From Candidatus Zhuqueibacterota bacterium (GTDB lineage: Bacteria; Zhuqueibacterota; Zhuqueibacteria; Thermofontimicrobiales; Thiofontviventaceae), in assembly GCA_016931935.1 (NCBI GenBank), contig JAFGDW010000090.1:199-64198 (forward strand): 64,000 nt of DNA, in the 5' to 3' direction. The position numbers and the translations under genes are program-made. Of this stretch, positions 8,258-18,165 are shown piece after piece; position 1 is the first letter of the stretch; each line of letters starts with the position of its first letter. The notes under the pieces are model-generated. The model made no database searches and was not told the origin of the DNA. It saw nothing but the letters and a program-made list of their open reading frames with translations.

Positions 8258-10474
8258 ATGAAAAGAATATTATTTTTTGCAATCTTTTTGCTGTGTGCAA
8301 CAAGCCTTCTTCAAGCTCAAACGCGACCTTTCCCGCAAAATGTCAGCTATCCAAACGGGTACCAAACATCGATAATTTCGACAAATCACTTACAGAATGC
8401 TTACAATCAATGGAAGCGTTCATTTCTTAAAACATATCAAGGGATGTACCGCGTATGCGACGACGATACGACGATCACGATTTCCGAAGGTATGGGATAC
8501 GGCATGTTGCTAACAGCGTATTTTGGCGAGCAAGAAATTTTTGATGGTCTGTTACAATTCTATCAAAGCAAGCGAACAGATAACGCCTACAATCTGATGG
8601 CATGGCGGGTTACGCGCGACGGCATCATCGATCCGGGCAGCGCGACCGACGGCGATCTGGATGTGGCGTTTGCATTAATCGTGGCTCATTGCCAGTGGGG
8701 CGGGAACTATCTCAATGAGGCGAAAACGATATTATCCATCCTGAAAGAACACTATTTTGTAAATTGCCGGGGTATTTGGATCATGAAACCGGGCGGACAT
8801 TTCGGTGGCTGTAATTTGACAGATTTATCATACTACACACCCGGATATTTCAGAGTATTTGCCGATGTGACAGGCGATTCGTTTTGGGAGACTGTTGTAA
8901 CGGATACCTATATCCTGCTGGATAAAACTGCCGACGATGCAACCGGGCTTGTTCCCGACTGGCTGAATTCGGATGGCGCTGCTCAATGCGGGCCAAGTGG
9001 CTGTAATGATTACTACCGCTACGATGCTTGCCGTACACCCTGGCGCATGTCGCTGGATTTTTTGTGGAATGGCAATACCACAGCTCAGGCATGGTGTACC
9101 AAAATCACGAACTTTGCGAATGGTATCGGTGCTGCCAGTATTGTGGATGGTTACAATCTGGATGGCACTACGCGCGGACAATACAACAACAGCGCGTTCG
9201 TCGGTGGTTTTGCCGTCGGTGCGATGTGCAATAGTCAGGCAATCGTCAATAATTTTTCACAACGGCTGGTCACGCTCAATAATGGCGGCTGGGATAATCA
9301 GTATTTCAATCTATCGCTGCGCTGTTTATATATGCTGGCGCTGACAGGTAATTTCTGGAAGCCGGACATCTCTCATGCATATTTGGAGCAACCCCATCCA
9401 GATAATACCGCTGTTCTGTTTGCAAAGGATATCATCTCAAACGGTAATATTCATGGCAGGCTTGTGATCGCTCCCGATGGCAACGAACTGTTATGGAATT
9501 CGGTAAACTTTTCCACAACCACGATAAACATTTACCACGTCGTTTACGCCGACGGCGCCTGGTCATCACCGGAGATTTGTAGTTTCGCTCAGAACGGTTT
9601 AACAGCCAATCCGGTATTTTCATTGGACGGCACGAAACTAAGTTTTGAATTCCGAGCGGATGTAAATTCGAAATGGACGGTCAAGTATATAGAAAAAATA
9701 GATGGTGGTTGGAGTGAGCCGAAGGATGATGAATCCGGCGTAAATGGCTCAGCTTCATTTACCAACACCGGAAAAGTTTACTATTCGGATTATCTGGCAA
9801 ACACCTCCTGGGAGCGGGGCATCTACTGTGCCGATTATGATTCCAATGGACTGTCCAACATTCATGCCCTTGCTGCAGTTATTAATTCTCAATATATCGA
9901 TTACACGCCCTATATCTCTCCCGACGAAGATTTCTTGCTATTCTCTTCCAGCCGTCCATCTTTAAATGAAAATATGTATTTGTACATTAGTTTCAAAAAC
10001 GCAGATGAAACATGGTCGGAACCGGAAAAAATAAATGACACGATCGGTTTTGCGGGCAATGCGCGGTTCCCCTCAATTTCTCCGGATGGCAACTATCTGT
10101 TCTTCTGCGGCGACGACGGGAATATCTATTGGGTGGACATCAAGGCCCTGGATCGCCTATATCTGACGCATATGAAACAAAGCGAAATCCAACCGGATGG
10201 TTTTCAGCTATTTCAGAACTACCCGAATCCATTTAATCCGAGCACAACTATTGCTTATTCGCTTTCGCAGCAATCACTGATTCAAATAACCATCTATAAT
10301 TTAAACGGCCAACTTATTAAGACATTGATCAATCAGCAACAGGCACCCGGTTACTATACGGTCGTGTGGAATGCAACGGATGAGAAAAATAATCCCGTGA
10401 GTTCAGGAATGTATATTTATAAAATTGAAGCCGATGGTTTTACTCTTCAAAAAAAAATGTCACTGGTACGATAG
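8258..10474 (+). CDS. Secreted GH8 glycoside hydrolase + PD40 (TolB-like) repeats + C-terminal sorting domain
   Basis: GH8 motifs SEGMGYGML, SATDGDLD, RYDACRTPWR. PD40 motifs TPYISPDE and FPSISPDG. QNYPNPFNP tail. Signal peptide begins at ATG 8258 (ORF track start 8189). Confidence 0.88.
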   Translation: MKRILFFAIFLLCATSLLQAQTRPFPQNVSYPNGYQTSIISTNHLQNAYNQWKRSFLKTYQGMYRVCDDDTTITISEGMGYGMLLTAYFGEQEIFDGLLQFYQSKRTDNAYNLMAWRVTRDGIIDPGSATDGDLDVAFALIVAHCQWGGNYLNEAKTILSILKEHYFVNCRGIWIMKPGGHFGGCNLTDLSYYTPGYFRVFADVTGDSFWETVVTDTYILLDKTADDATGLVPDWLNSDGAAQCGPSGCNDYYRYDACRTPWRMSLDFLWNGNTTAQAWCTKITNFANGIGAASIVDGYNLDGTTRGQYNNSAFVGGFAVGAMCNSQAIVNNFSQRLVTLNNGGWDNQYFNLSLRCLYMLALTGNFWKPDISHAYLEQPHPDNTAVLFAKDIISNGNIHGRLVIAPDGNELLWNSVNFSTTTINIYHVVYADGAWSSPEICSFAQNGLTANPVFSLDGTKLSFEFRADVNSKWTVKYIEKIDGGWSEPKDDESGVNGSASFTNTGKVYYSDYLANTSWERGIYCADYDSNGLSNIHALAAVINSQYIDYTPYISPDEDFLLFSSSRPSLNENMYLYISFKNADETWSEPEKINDTIGFAGNARFPSISPDGNYLFFCGDDGNIYWVDIKALDRLYLTHMKQSEIQPDGFQLFQNYPNPFNPSTTIAYSLSQQSLIQITIYNLNGQLIKTLINQQQAPGYYTVVWNATDEKNNPVSSGMYIYKIEADGFTLQKKMSLVR

Positions 10475-10604
10475 TATCGATGACAATCTTAATCCGGTAA
10501 AAAAGCCAAAGGAAAACGGAATTATGAAACTGAATTTAATGTAAATAATTGCTGAAGTTCACTTTTCCACGTTTAAACAATTTAACCAATGAAAGGAATA
10601 TTGT

Positions 10605-11399
10605 ATGCACAAATTAACAACACAAATTTCCTTACTTCTAGTCGCCCTGATGATACTCCCGTTGGTGGCACAGGCAGGAGAAAAAAATGCTAAATCAATC
10701 GACTGTGGCAAATTGCTAAAAGGCGTTGCGCATTTCACGGACAACGATGTTCGCTTCAAAACAAAGGATAGCATTGTCATTTTTATCGATCCAATGTCAG
10801 GCCCTGAAAAAGAAATCATAAAACAATGTAATTTCATAACGCCAGATCTAATTTTGATTACGCATGCCCATAGCGATCATTTCCAAATGGAAATTCTTAA
10901 GGCATATTCAAAAATAAACCCTAAAGTTATTATCGCCGGCCCACCAGATATTGTACAAGTGCTTGCTGATTCAGATATAAATAATACCAAATCCCTGGAA
11001 CCTGGCAAAGACTACTCACTTGCAGATGTAAAGTTTGAAACGGTACCCGCCTATTTCTTACGCGGTGATTCGCATCCGAAAGCGAATGGCTGGATGGGAT
11101 ATATTTTAAAAATCAACAATGCTCGCTATTACGTGACCGGCGATACCGAAGCTATCCCGGAGATGGAATCAATAACAGCAGATGTGCTATTCCCGCTGGT
11201 ATATGGCTGCGGTGGCAATGTTGCGAATGTGGTTAAAATGGCGAAAATAATTAAACCTGCGCTTGTGGTGCCGGTGCATACCGGTGGCAATCCGGAAGCG
11301 ATAAAGAAATGTATCGACGCCATGCCCAAAGGTGTCGCCAGCACATATTTTATTGATGGAAAAATGCTAACTGAAAAAATCCAAACAGCATCTGATTGA
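10605..11399 (+). CDS. Exported MBL-fold metallo-hydrolase (UlaG/Lactamase_B_3-like)
   Basis: Signal peptide, IFIDP, LITHAHSDH, SHPK, YVTGDT, VPVH. Confidence 0.88.
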   Translation: MHKLTTQISLLLVALMILPLVAQAGEKNAKSIDCGKLLKGVAHFTDNDVRFKTKDSIVIFIDPMSGPEKEIIKQCNFITPDLILITHAHSDHFQMEILKAYSKINPKVIIAGPPDIVQVLADSDINNTKSLEPGKDYSLADVKFETVPAYFLRGDSHPKANGWMGYILKINNARYYVTGDTEAIPEMESITADVLFPLVYGCGGNVANVVKMAKIIKPALVVPVHTGGNPEAIKKCIDAMPKGVASTYFIDGKMLTEKIQTASD

Positions 11400-11425
11400 A
11401 CCATAAACTAATAACTTGAAATAAA

Positions 11426-11467
11426 AATCCCACAGAAACCGTTTGCCAATCCGATTCCTGTGGGATT
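11426..11467. terminator. Hairpin between convergent genes, probable bidirectional terminator
   Basis: AATCCCACAG...CTGTGGGATT inverted repeat with an A-tract on the left. Confidence 0.6.
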
Positions 11468-11524
11468 CACTCTTAATAATTTATTTAATTGGTTTATCGT
11501 CGTGTTACAAATCTGCCAGCAGCT

Positions 11525-12109
11525 TTACATCGATAGTTTCGCTATTTTTAAAAGTTCCGCATTAAATTGTGCTCCCTGATCCTTCGCATTTTGAACATCT
11601 ACAAAAATTTTCGGTGATGATTCCTGTTCATCGACTACCACAGCAACCCCTTTATTAAAATAACTTTTCGTACCAGAGTATGTAAATATTTTTTCCTGTT
11701 TTGCAACATTGATAACCTGCTGCAAATTCTGATCAGAAATTGAAAAGACATACAACGCAGATACGTTCAAGAGTTTAATTTTTTCTTTTAAATTTTCTGA
11801 TGACGAAACGGGTATGAATGAATACTGAATCGATTTTCCCTTTACTGTCCGGTTGTTGGAAATATAATCATAAAAAATATCATCCAGTTGCTGAATTTTT
11901 TTCTCAATATTTGGGACTTGTTCCGAATATAAAATCCCAATTCGAATTTCACGACTGTTGCTTTCAATGGATTTATTATATCCCATAATTTTGATTAGCA
12001 TATCTGCTTGTTTCTCAATTGGCAATTCGACTGCAGAACTGAATGATGCACTTCCCAACGCGATAATGCCGACACTTAATGCTATCATTTTGCTAAAAAA
12101 TCGTTTCAT
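11525..12109 (-). CDS. yfiR: YfiR/HmsC (DUF4154) family periplasmic protein
   Basis: Signal peptide, LIKIMGYN, IRIGILY, GVAVVV, and C-terminal AKDQGAQFNAELLKIAK typical of YfiR. Confidence 0.75.
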   Translation of the reverse strand: MKRFFSKMIALSVGIIALGSASFSSAVELPIEKQADMLIKIMGYNKSIESNSREIRIGILYSEQVPNIEKKIQQLDDIFYDYISNNRTVKGKSIQYSFIPVSSSENLKEKIKLLNVSALYVFSISDQNLQQVINVAKQEKIFTYSGTKSYFNKGVAVVVDEQESSPKIFVDVQNAKDQGAQFNAELLKIAKLSM

Positions 12110-12163
12110 AATTCACATCCCTTTTATTAAGCATTTCTGTATTGTATTATTATCACCGTTTCA

Positions 12164-12180
12164 TGCAAAGTATATACCAA
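12164..12180 (-). promoter_or_regulatory. Putative sigma54 (-24/-12) promoter for yfiR
   Basis: Minus strand reads TTGGTATATACTTTGCA, an exact GG-N10-GC spacing, about 55 bp upstream of the start codon. Confidence 0.6.
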
Positions 12181-12868
12181 AAACTGCCGAAAAATACTAA
12201 CAGATAAAACCATTAGGTATTATTAAAGTTAGCCGGCCTAAGCAAATACACTGCTATTTCAGAAATTTAGAATTTTGATCTTTGCAGCCTATGATTTGAT
12301 GATAATAATCAGATGGCTGATTTCAGCCTGTCACAAATAGTATTATTGTTGTATAAATTTAAATGCGACCAAGCGAATTTGTAAATCATGCACTTTTTTA
12401 TGCAATCGAACGTACTAGTACTAAGCAGCGACAACTTGAAACATATTAATTTCACTTCGTGGACGACCATTAACGTTGCCTGTAAACACTAAATGTGAAG
12501 CTATGAAGATAGGAGAAAATCGACATCGCTGGTTTACTAACTTGCTCAAGGAGAAACAGGTTCATCAGAATATCGACTGTTGGACATGCTTTAAGGATAA
12601 GATGTTGTAGGGAAATTCTTTGCCCGGATAGCTGAAACCAATTTTACAAGCAAGTAATTGGACGTTTAAAGTTATCGCGGAATAATAAACACTATCATGA
12701 AAGCCACAACATAAGCTTACTTGATCCATCCACGGTGTGGGAAACTCCTTAACGTGGATTAGCGTTAGACAATTACTATCTAGTTGAGAAATTACCTAGC
12801 GATTGTCCCGCTGAATTGCACATATTCAAGCGATTAAATGCAATTATTATTTTTAAAGGGAATAATCT

Positions 12869-13477
12869 ATGATCATTAAACATCTCGACAAGATTCCACA
12901 AGTTCATAAAACGGCATACGTGGCACAGTCGGCAACCATATGTGGTGATGTAACCATCGGCAAAAACTCGCGCATCATGCACAACAGCTCAATCGTGGCG
13001 GAAGGTAGCTCTATTGAAATCGGTGATAATTGCATTGTGCTTGAAAATGCGGTCATTCGTAGTACTGCGAAATATTCGACAAGTATATGCAATAACGTAC
13101 TTATTGGCCCGAATGCCCATCTTGTTGGCTGTTCGCTTGAGGAATGTGTATTTATCGCAACCGGCGCAGCAATTTTTCACGGTGCACGGATCGGGTATAA
13201 TTCCGAAGTGCGGATAAACGGCATCGTTCATCTAAAAACATTATTACCGCCCAATTCTATGGTACCGATTAACTGGATTGCGGTTGGCAATCCGGCCCAA
13301 TTGTTTTCACCGGACCAACATGAGCAGTTGTGGGAGATTCAAAAGGAACTAAATTTTCCGCTCTCAGTGTACGGTGTTGATCGACCTGCCACAGGGGAAT
13401 CGAATATGCAGGAGATCACCGAGTACTATAGCAAAATGCTCAGTAGCCATAAAGATGACGAATTTTTGGGTGTATAA
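12869..13477 (+). CDS. Gamma-carbonic anhydrase/YrdA-like left-handed beta-helix protein (canonical Zn ligands absent)
   Basis: Hexapeptide repeats PQVHKTAYVA..ICGDVTIG, IEIGDNCIV, VFIATGAAIF, AVGNPA. Confidence 0.85.
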   Translation: MIIKHLDKIPQVHKTAYVAQSATICGDVTIGKNSRIMHNSSIVAEGSSIEIGDNCIVLENAVIRSTAKYSTSICNNVLIGPNAHLVGCSLEECVFIATGAAIFHGARIGYNSEVRINGIVHLKTLLPPNSMVPINWIAVGNPAQLFSPDQHEQLWEIQKELNFPLSVYGVDRPATGESNMQEITEYYSKMLSSHKDDEFLGV

Positions 13478-13608
13478 AGAGGTATCAACTTTCAGATCGT
13501 CACCTGCTGCTAAAAGAATAGTCGTAACGAAGTGGTTTTGAAATTCATGTATTAGAACAGCCTATTTATCAGACCAGGGACCAATTGCCCAATCAATGGA
13601 AGGGAAAT

Positions 13609-14304
13609 ATGACATCGATGCTTCAGAGACAAAAGATCCGGGATACTGCGTTTAATAACGGTGTAGATTTATTTGGTATTGCCTCGATTGATCGATTTGT
13701 TCACGCTCCGGCAGGCTTTCATCCGCGGGATATTTATTCCAAAACAGCATCGGTGATTGTATTTGCCATTAGGTTACCGACAGAATCAATGTTCGCAGAA
13801 AGTCCGGTACCTTATACTCATGTTAACTCGCTGGTGACCCAAAAGATGGATATGATTTCCTTTGATATTTCAAGCACGCTGGATAGGGCAGGCATTAAAA
13901 ATGTGCTGATTCCTTCGGATGATCCTTACGAATATTGGGATGCCGGGAATCAACATGGTCAGGCAATTCTATCGATGCGCCATGCCGCAGAGCTCGCTGG
14001 CCTGGGGAAATTGGGACGTAACAATTTGCTTATCAATAAAATTTATGGAAATATGATCCAGATTGGGGCGCTACTAACTAATGTCAAGCTTGAGCCTGAT
14101 CCACTTGCAGATTATGAGGTATGTCCCCCGAAATGCAGAATTTGTCTTAATAGTTGCCCACAGCAGGCTTTAACTGGCGATACAGTCATCCAATCAAAAT
14201 GTCGGCCAATTTCGAACGCAAAAAATGAGAAAGGTTATATCATTAAGAAGTGTTTTGAATGTCGAAAAAAATGTCCTCACGCATTAGGAATACGCAGAAA
14301 GTAA
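13609..14304 (+). CDS. Epoxyqueuosine reductase (QueG)-like 4Fe-4S protein
   Basis: GVDLFGIA, SMRHAAELAGLGKLGRNNLLI, CxxxCxxCxxxCP and CxxCxxxCP. ATG 13609 preferred to TTG 13585. The actual substrate is uncertain. Confidence 0.75.
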   Translation: MTSMLQRQKIRDTAFNNGVDLFGIASIDRFVHAPAGFHPRDIYSKTASVIVFAIRLPTESMFAESPVPYTHVNSLVTQKMDMISFDISSTLDRAGIKNVLIPSDDPYEYWDAGNQHGQAILSMRHAAELAGLGKLGRNNLLINKIYGNMIQIGALLTNVKLEPDPLADYEVCPPKCRICLNSCPQQALTGDTVIQSKCRPISNAKNEKGYIIKKCFECRKKCPHALGIRRK

Positions 14305-14493
14305 AATCCGCATAATTTTGACCACCATCCTACGGGAATCAAAATCCATTCGACAATTTGACCCATGCAACGGGACATATAACACTTTTTTTTATAATCA
14401 GATTATCGCTTATTTAATTTTAATGATTATGTACATATCACAACCCTTGAAACATTTTCTCCATTCTAAATAAATAGCGAAATGGAAACGAAA

Positions 14494-14522
14494 CTGTAGG
14501 CCATCTTTGAGATGGACTACAG
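14494..14522 (-). terminator. Rho-independent terminator ending the sensor array
   Basis: CTGTAG-G-CCATCT-TTG-AGATGG-A-CTACAG hairpin followed on the minus strand by TTTCGTTT, about 50 bp past the MCP stop. Confidence 0.7.
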
Positions 14523-14574
14523 CTAATTCTGAAAACACCCACTCTAATAATCAATAGCTGAATAAAGTACGCAA

Positions 14575-17500
14575 TCATTTTTTTAAAGATTTCTGATGCT
14601 GTTGCGAAACGAATGCTTTCGCTTGAGCAGTATTTGATTTTGCGCCTGTTAACGAATTTAGTGTCTTCTTAAACGCAACTGCGAGGCTGCGCATATGTTC
14701 AGCGTTTCCGGCCATTTCGTTAACTGCGGCTGCCGTTTGTTCGGCAGCGGATGCATTTTGTTGAATAATCATATTGACCTGATCGATCGCGATATTTAAA
14801 TGAGCAATTCCATCATTTTGTTCAGCCGAACCATTGGCAACGGTAGATAACATATCATTGATTCTATCCATATGCGATTGAATATCTTGCAAGCTATGGA
14901 TAACTTCCCGGTTCATTTCCACACTTTGATCAGCATCCTGTTTGGTTTCAGCTATGTGAACGGCTGTACTTTTGGCTGCTTCAGCGCTTCTCATTGCCAA
15001 ACTACGAACTTCATCGGCAACCACGCTAAATCCTTTGCCAGCTTCACCTGCTCGTGCGGCTTCGATGGCGGCATTCAACGCAAGCAGATTTGTTTGGAAG
15101 GCAATATCATCGATTGTCTTGATCACCTTTGTTGATTGATCTGCAGATGTCTGAATTTTCAATACAGCCGTTGATAATTTTTCGACACGTTCCAACGCCT
15201 GATGGGCGCGCTCGCGAGTCGACTCTGTCAGGTTCTGGACATCTTTGGAGCTTTTCATATTGGTTTGAGCAGTCGATGAAATGACTTGCAGACTACTGGA
15301 TATTTCTTCAATCGATGACGCCTGGTTGCTGGCGCCATTCGCAATTTGATCACTGGAAGTGGAAATCTGATGTGACCCATTCGCAACGGATTCTGCAAGC
15401 TCGGTCAAATTATGAACCCCCTTTGTCAATTGAACTACCGAAGCGTTCATTTTCGCATAAAGGTCACGAAATCTAGCTTCATTTTCCCGTGCATTTTTCT
15501 CCGCCTGTTCCACCTCAAGCAAATGCTGATTCATTTTTTCATTTGCATGTTCAAGTTCCGCGGCCTGTTTTCCAATCTCTTGAGTCCGCTCGTGAACCTG
15601 TCGTTCAAGTTCCCGTTTATTTGACTCGACACTTTTCATACGCTGTCTATAAATGAAGTAAACATTAGAAATAACGATTGTTATCATAAGAATTCTAAAC
15701 CATGCCGTTTTCCAGAATGGAGGGGCAATACTTATTTTAATTTCTGTACCGGCTTCATTCCAAATACCGTCGTTATTCGAAGCCTTGACACGAAACGTGT
15801 AATTCCCCGGATTTAGATTCGTGTAGGATGCAATTCGTTGTGTACCAACATAATTCCAGTTTTTTTCAAAACCGTCAAGCATGAATGCATATTGATTTTT
15901 TTCGGGAACTACATAATTAAGGGCGGCAAATTCAAAACTAAATACCGTGTGTTTGTACGAGAGTGTCAAATGAGATGTAAGGTTGATATCTTGCTGCAAA
16001 GGAGAATCTTCCGCACCAACTTCCACATCTTTATTGAATAATTGAAATTTTGTAAATACAATCGGTGGTTTAAATGAATTGATCTTAAGTTCTTCCGGCT
16101 TAAATTGGTTAAAACCGTTTGTACCGCCAAAATATAAAGTACCATCACTGCCTTTGCAAAATGAGCGCCGGTTAAACTCATTGCCCTGCAGGCCATCACC
16201 AATGTCATAATTCTTAAAAACGGGATTTTCGGGAAGGGATGTACCATTTTCAAACATTGAAAGGCCTTTGTTTGTACTTATCCAAAGATTTCCGCGATTG
16301 TCTTCCACCACGCCTTTGATCTGATTATTAGGCAGCCCCTGTTCTTCTGAATAGCAGGCAAATTTTTTCGTTTCTCGGTCGAACACGTTCAAGCCGTTTC
16401 CCGTACCGATCCAGAAATTACGTTTGCTGTCTTCATAGAAAACAATGGCCCCATTATAACTGATGCTATTTGCATCACTGGTATCTCTTACGAAATGCGT
16501 AAATTCATTCCTGTCTTTATCGAACATATCCACTGCTGAACTTGTAGAGATCCACAGCTCACCGTAGGACGTTTCATACAAAGCTCGCACCCAGTCATTG
16601 GAAATCGACTTTGGATTGTCCGGATCATTAAGATACTTTTTAAATGTTCCGGATTCATAATCGTACAGATTCAATCCCTGCCCCATGCATCCGACCCACA
16701 AATCACCATCCCGATCTTCAAGAATGGCAAACACATTATTACAACCGATGCTGCGATCGTCGTTATCATCATGCAGAAACCGTGTAAATGTTTTATCTTC
16801 CGGATTGTACAAATTAAGCCCCCCGGCCCAGGTGCCGATCCAGATATTACCGCGACTGTCTTTGTGAAGCGCCCAAATAGCATTAGAGCCAATACTTCGA
16901 GAATTTTTGGGATCATGCGTGAAATGGGTATACGATTTGTTTGATTTATTATAAAGGTTTATTCCGCCTTCAGTCCCAATCCAAAGATCATCCCCGTCTT
17001 CAAGAAAGACATTCACGAAATTATTATTCAGACTGTTCGGATTGCCAGCTTCCTGCTTGAAATGCAGAAATTTTTCGGATAGTCGATTGTAAAAGTTTAT
17101 ACCATCACCAAATGTGCCAACCCATATGCCACCATTCGTATCCTCCCATAACGACTGCACCGAATTATTGGAAAGACTTTGACTATCAAACGGATTAAAC
17201 CGATTATGATAAAAAGTGCAATTATCTTCGCGAAAAGTGTTCAGGTCCAGCATATCCAAACCGCCATTTTCCGCACCTATCCATAGCCAACCATGTCGAT
17301 CTTCCAACAGCGCCAAAATCGCCCCTTCGGTTATTGTTTGTTCGTCCCCATTTTTGTGCACGTATTGCCTGATGGTAACCTGTTCAGGATTTGCAGGTGG
17401 ATAACTTAACAAAATCAAGCCGGCACTATTTGTACCGACCCATAATCGTTTTTTACTGTCTTCAAACAGACTCCGTATTTGACCATCACCAAATCGAGGA

Positions 17501-18132
17501 TCTTTCGTATCGATATTAACAAACTTAAACTTATTATTTACATTCCGAATAAAACACAATCCATCCTGACTGCCAATCCAAATTGTGCCCTTGCTATCTT
17601 TTAAAATTGTATTAATATTATTCGTTAGAATACTGTGTTGATCATTGGCATCATGGGCAAAACGTTGAGAAGCATCGGTTGCCGGATCGAATAAATACAA
17701 TCCATGATAACGGCTCGTAATAAAAAGCTTTCCATCTTCCGTTTCTAAAAAGTGAGTAAGCTGACCTTCCGGCCAACTTTTTTTATGGATGAACTCATCC
17801 CGCTGTCGATCATAAAAATTCAAACCATTTTCAGTGCCAATCCACAAATTGCCATTTTTGTCTTCGTAGATGGATTCTATGGCATTATCGCTTAACGTTT
17901 TCGGATTTTTGGGATTGTGTTTATAGACTTTCAGTGTGTAGCCGTCGTACCTGTTCAATCCATCGAACGTCCCAAACCACATAAATCCGTATTTATCCTG
18001 ACATACTGACCGTATCCAGCTTTGGGACAATCCATCCTGAACCGTGATGTGCCTGAATTTTACCTGAAATGGTTGTGCATAACCGGTTTCAAAACACATA
18101 AAAACAAGTATCGCAGCTAAAATTTTTTTCAT
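14575..18132 (-). CDS. Methyl-accepting chemotaxis protein with HTCS-type beta-propeller + Y_Y_Y extracytoplasmic sensor
   Basis: Signal peptide, about 14 Reg_prop repeats, [25 protein letters not shown] after [13 protein letters not shown] core [40 protein letters not shown] track start is GTG 18141. Confidence 0.92.
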   Translation of the reverse strand: MKKILAAILVFMCFETGYAQPFQVKFRHITVQDGLSQSWIRSVCQDKYGFMWFGTFDGLNRYDGYTLKVYKHNPKNPKTLSDNAIESIYEDKNGNLWIGTENGLNFYDRQRDEFIHKKSWPEGQLTHFLETEDGKLFITSRYHGLYLFDPATDASQRFAHDANDQHSILTNNINTILKDSKGTIWIGSQDGLCFIRNVNNKFKFVNIDTKDPRFGDGQIRSLFEDSKKRLWVGTNSAGLILLSYPPANPEQVTIRQYVHKNGDEQTITEGAILALLEDRHGWLWIGAENGGLDMLDLNTFREDNCTFYHNRFNPFDSQSLSNNSVQSLWEDTNGGIWVGTFGDGINFYNRLSEKFLHFKQEAGNPNSLNNNFVNVFLEDGDDLWIGTEGGINLYNKSNKSYTHFTHDPKNSRSIGSNAIWALHKDSRGNIWIGTWAGGLNLYNPEDKTFTRFLHDDNDDRSIGCNNVFAILEDRDGDLWVGCMGQGLNLYDYESGTFKKYLNDPDNPKSISNDWVRALYETSYGELWISTSSAVDMFDKDRNEFTHFVRDTSDANSISYNGAIVFYEDSKRNFWIGTGNGLNVFDRETKKFACYSEEQGLPNNQIKGVVEDNRGNLWISTNKGLSMFENGTSLPENPVFKNYDIGDGLQGNEFNRRSFCKGSDGTLYFGGTNGFNQFKPEELKINSFKPPIVFTKFQLFNKDVEVGAEDSPLQQDINLTSHLTLSYKHTVFSFEFAALNYVVPEKNQYAFMLDGFEKNWNYVGTQRIASYTNLNPGNYTFRVKASNNDGIWNEAGTEIKISIAPPFWKTAWFRILMITIVISNVYFIYRQRMKSVESNKRELERQVHERTQEIGKQAAELEHANEKMNQHLLEVEQAEKNARENEARFRDLYAKMNASVVQLTKGVHNLTELAESVANGSHQISTSSDQIANGASNQASSIEEISSSLQVISSTAQTNMKSSKDVQNLTESTRERAHQALERVEKLSTAVLKIQTSADQSTKVIKTIDDIAFQTNLLALNAAIEAARAGEAGKGFSVVADEVRSLAMRSAEAAKSTAVHIAETKQDADQSVEMNREVIHSLQDIQSHMDRINDMLSTVANGSAEQNDGIAHLNIAIDQVNMIIQQNASAAEQTAAAVNEMAGNAEHMRSLAVAFKKTLNSLTGAKSNTAQAKAFVSQQHQKSLKK

Positions 18133-18165
18133 CGTCTCCACCCATAATACTATATAAAATTCAAT

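Noticed and set aside
266..11399. Beta-lactam resistance locus (blaI-blaR plus two MBL-fold genes)
   Set aside because: The transducer has no penicillin-binding domain, no serine beta-lactamase is present, and both MBLs look UlaG/Lactamase_B_3-like rather than class B beta-lactamases.
13609..14304. Reductive dehalogenase
   Set aside because: Too short, with no Tat signal and no RdhB anchor gene. It fits the small QueG-like family better.
14303..14375. Imperfect ~36-bp tandem duplication (AAAATCC...TTTGACC...ACGGGA), possible CRISPR relic
   Set aside because: Only two degenerate units, no spacer and no cas genes.
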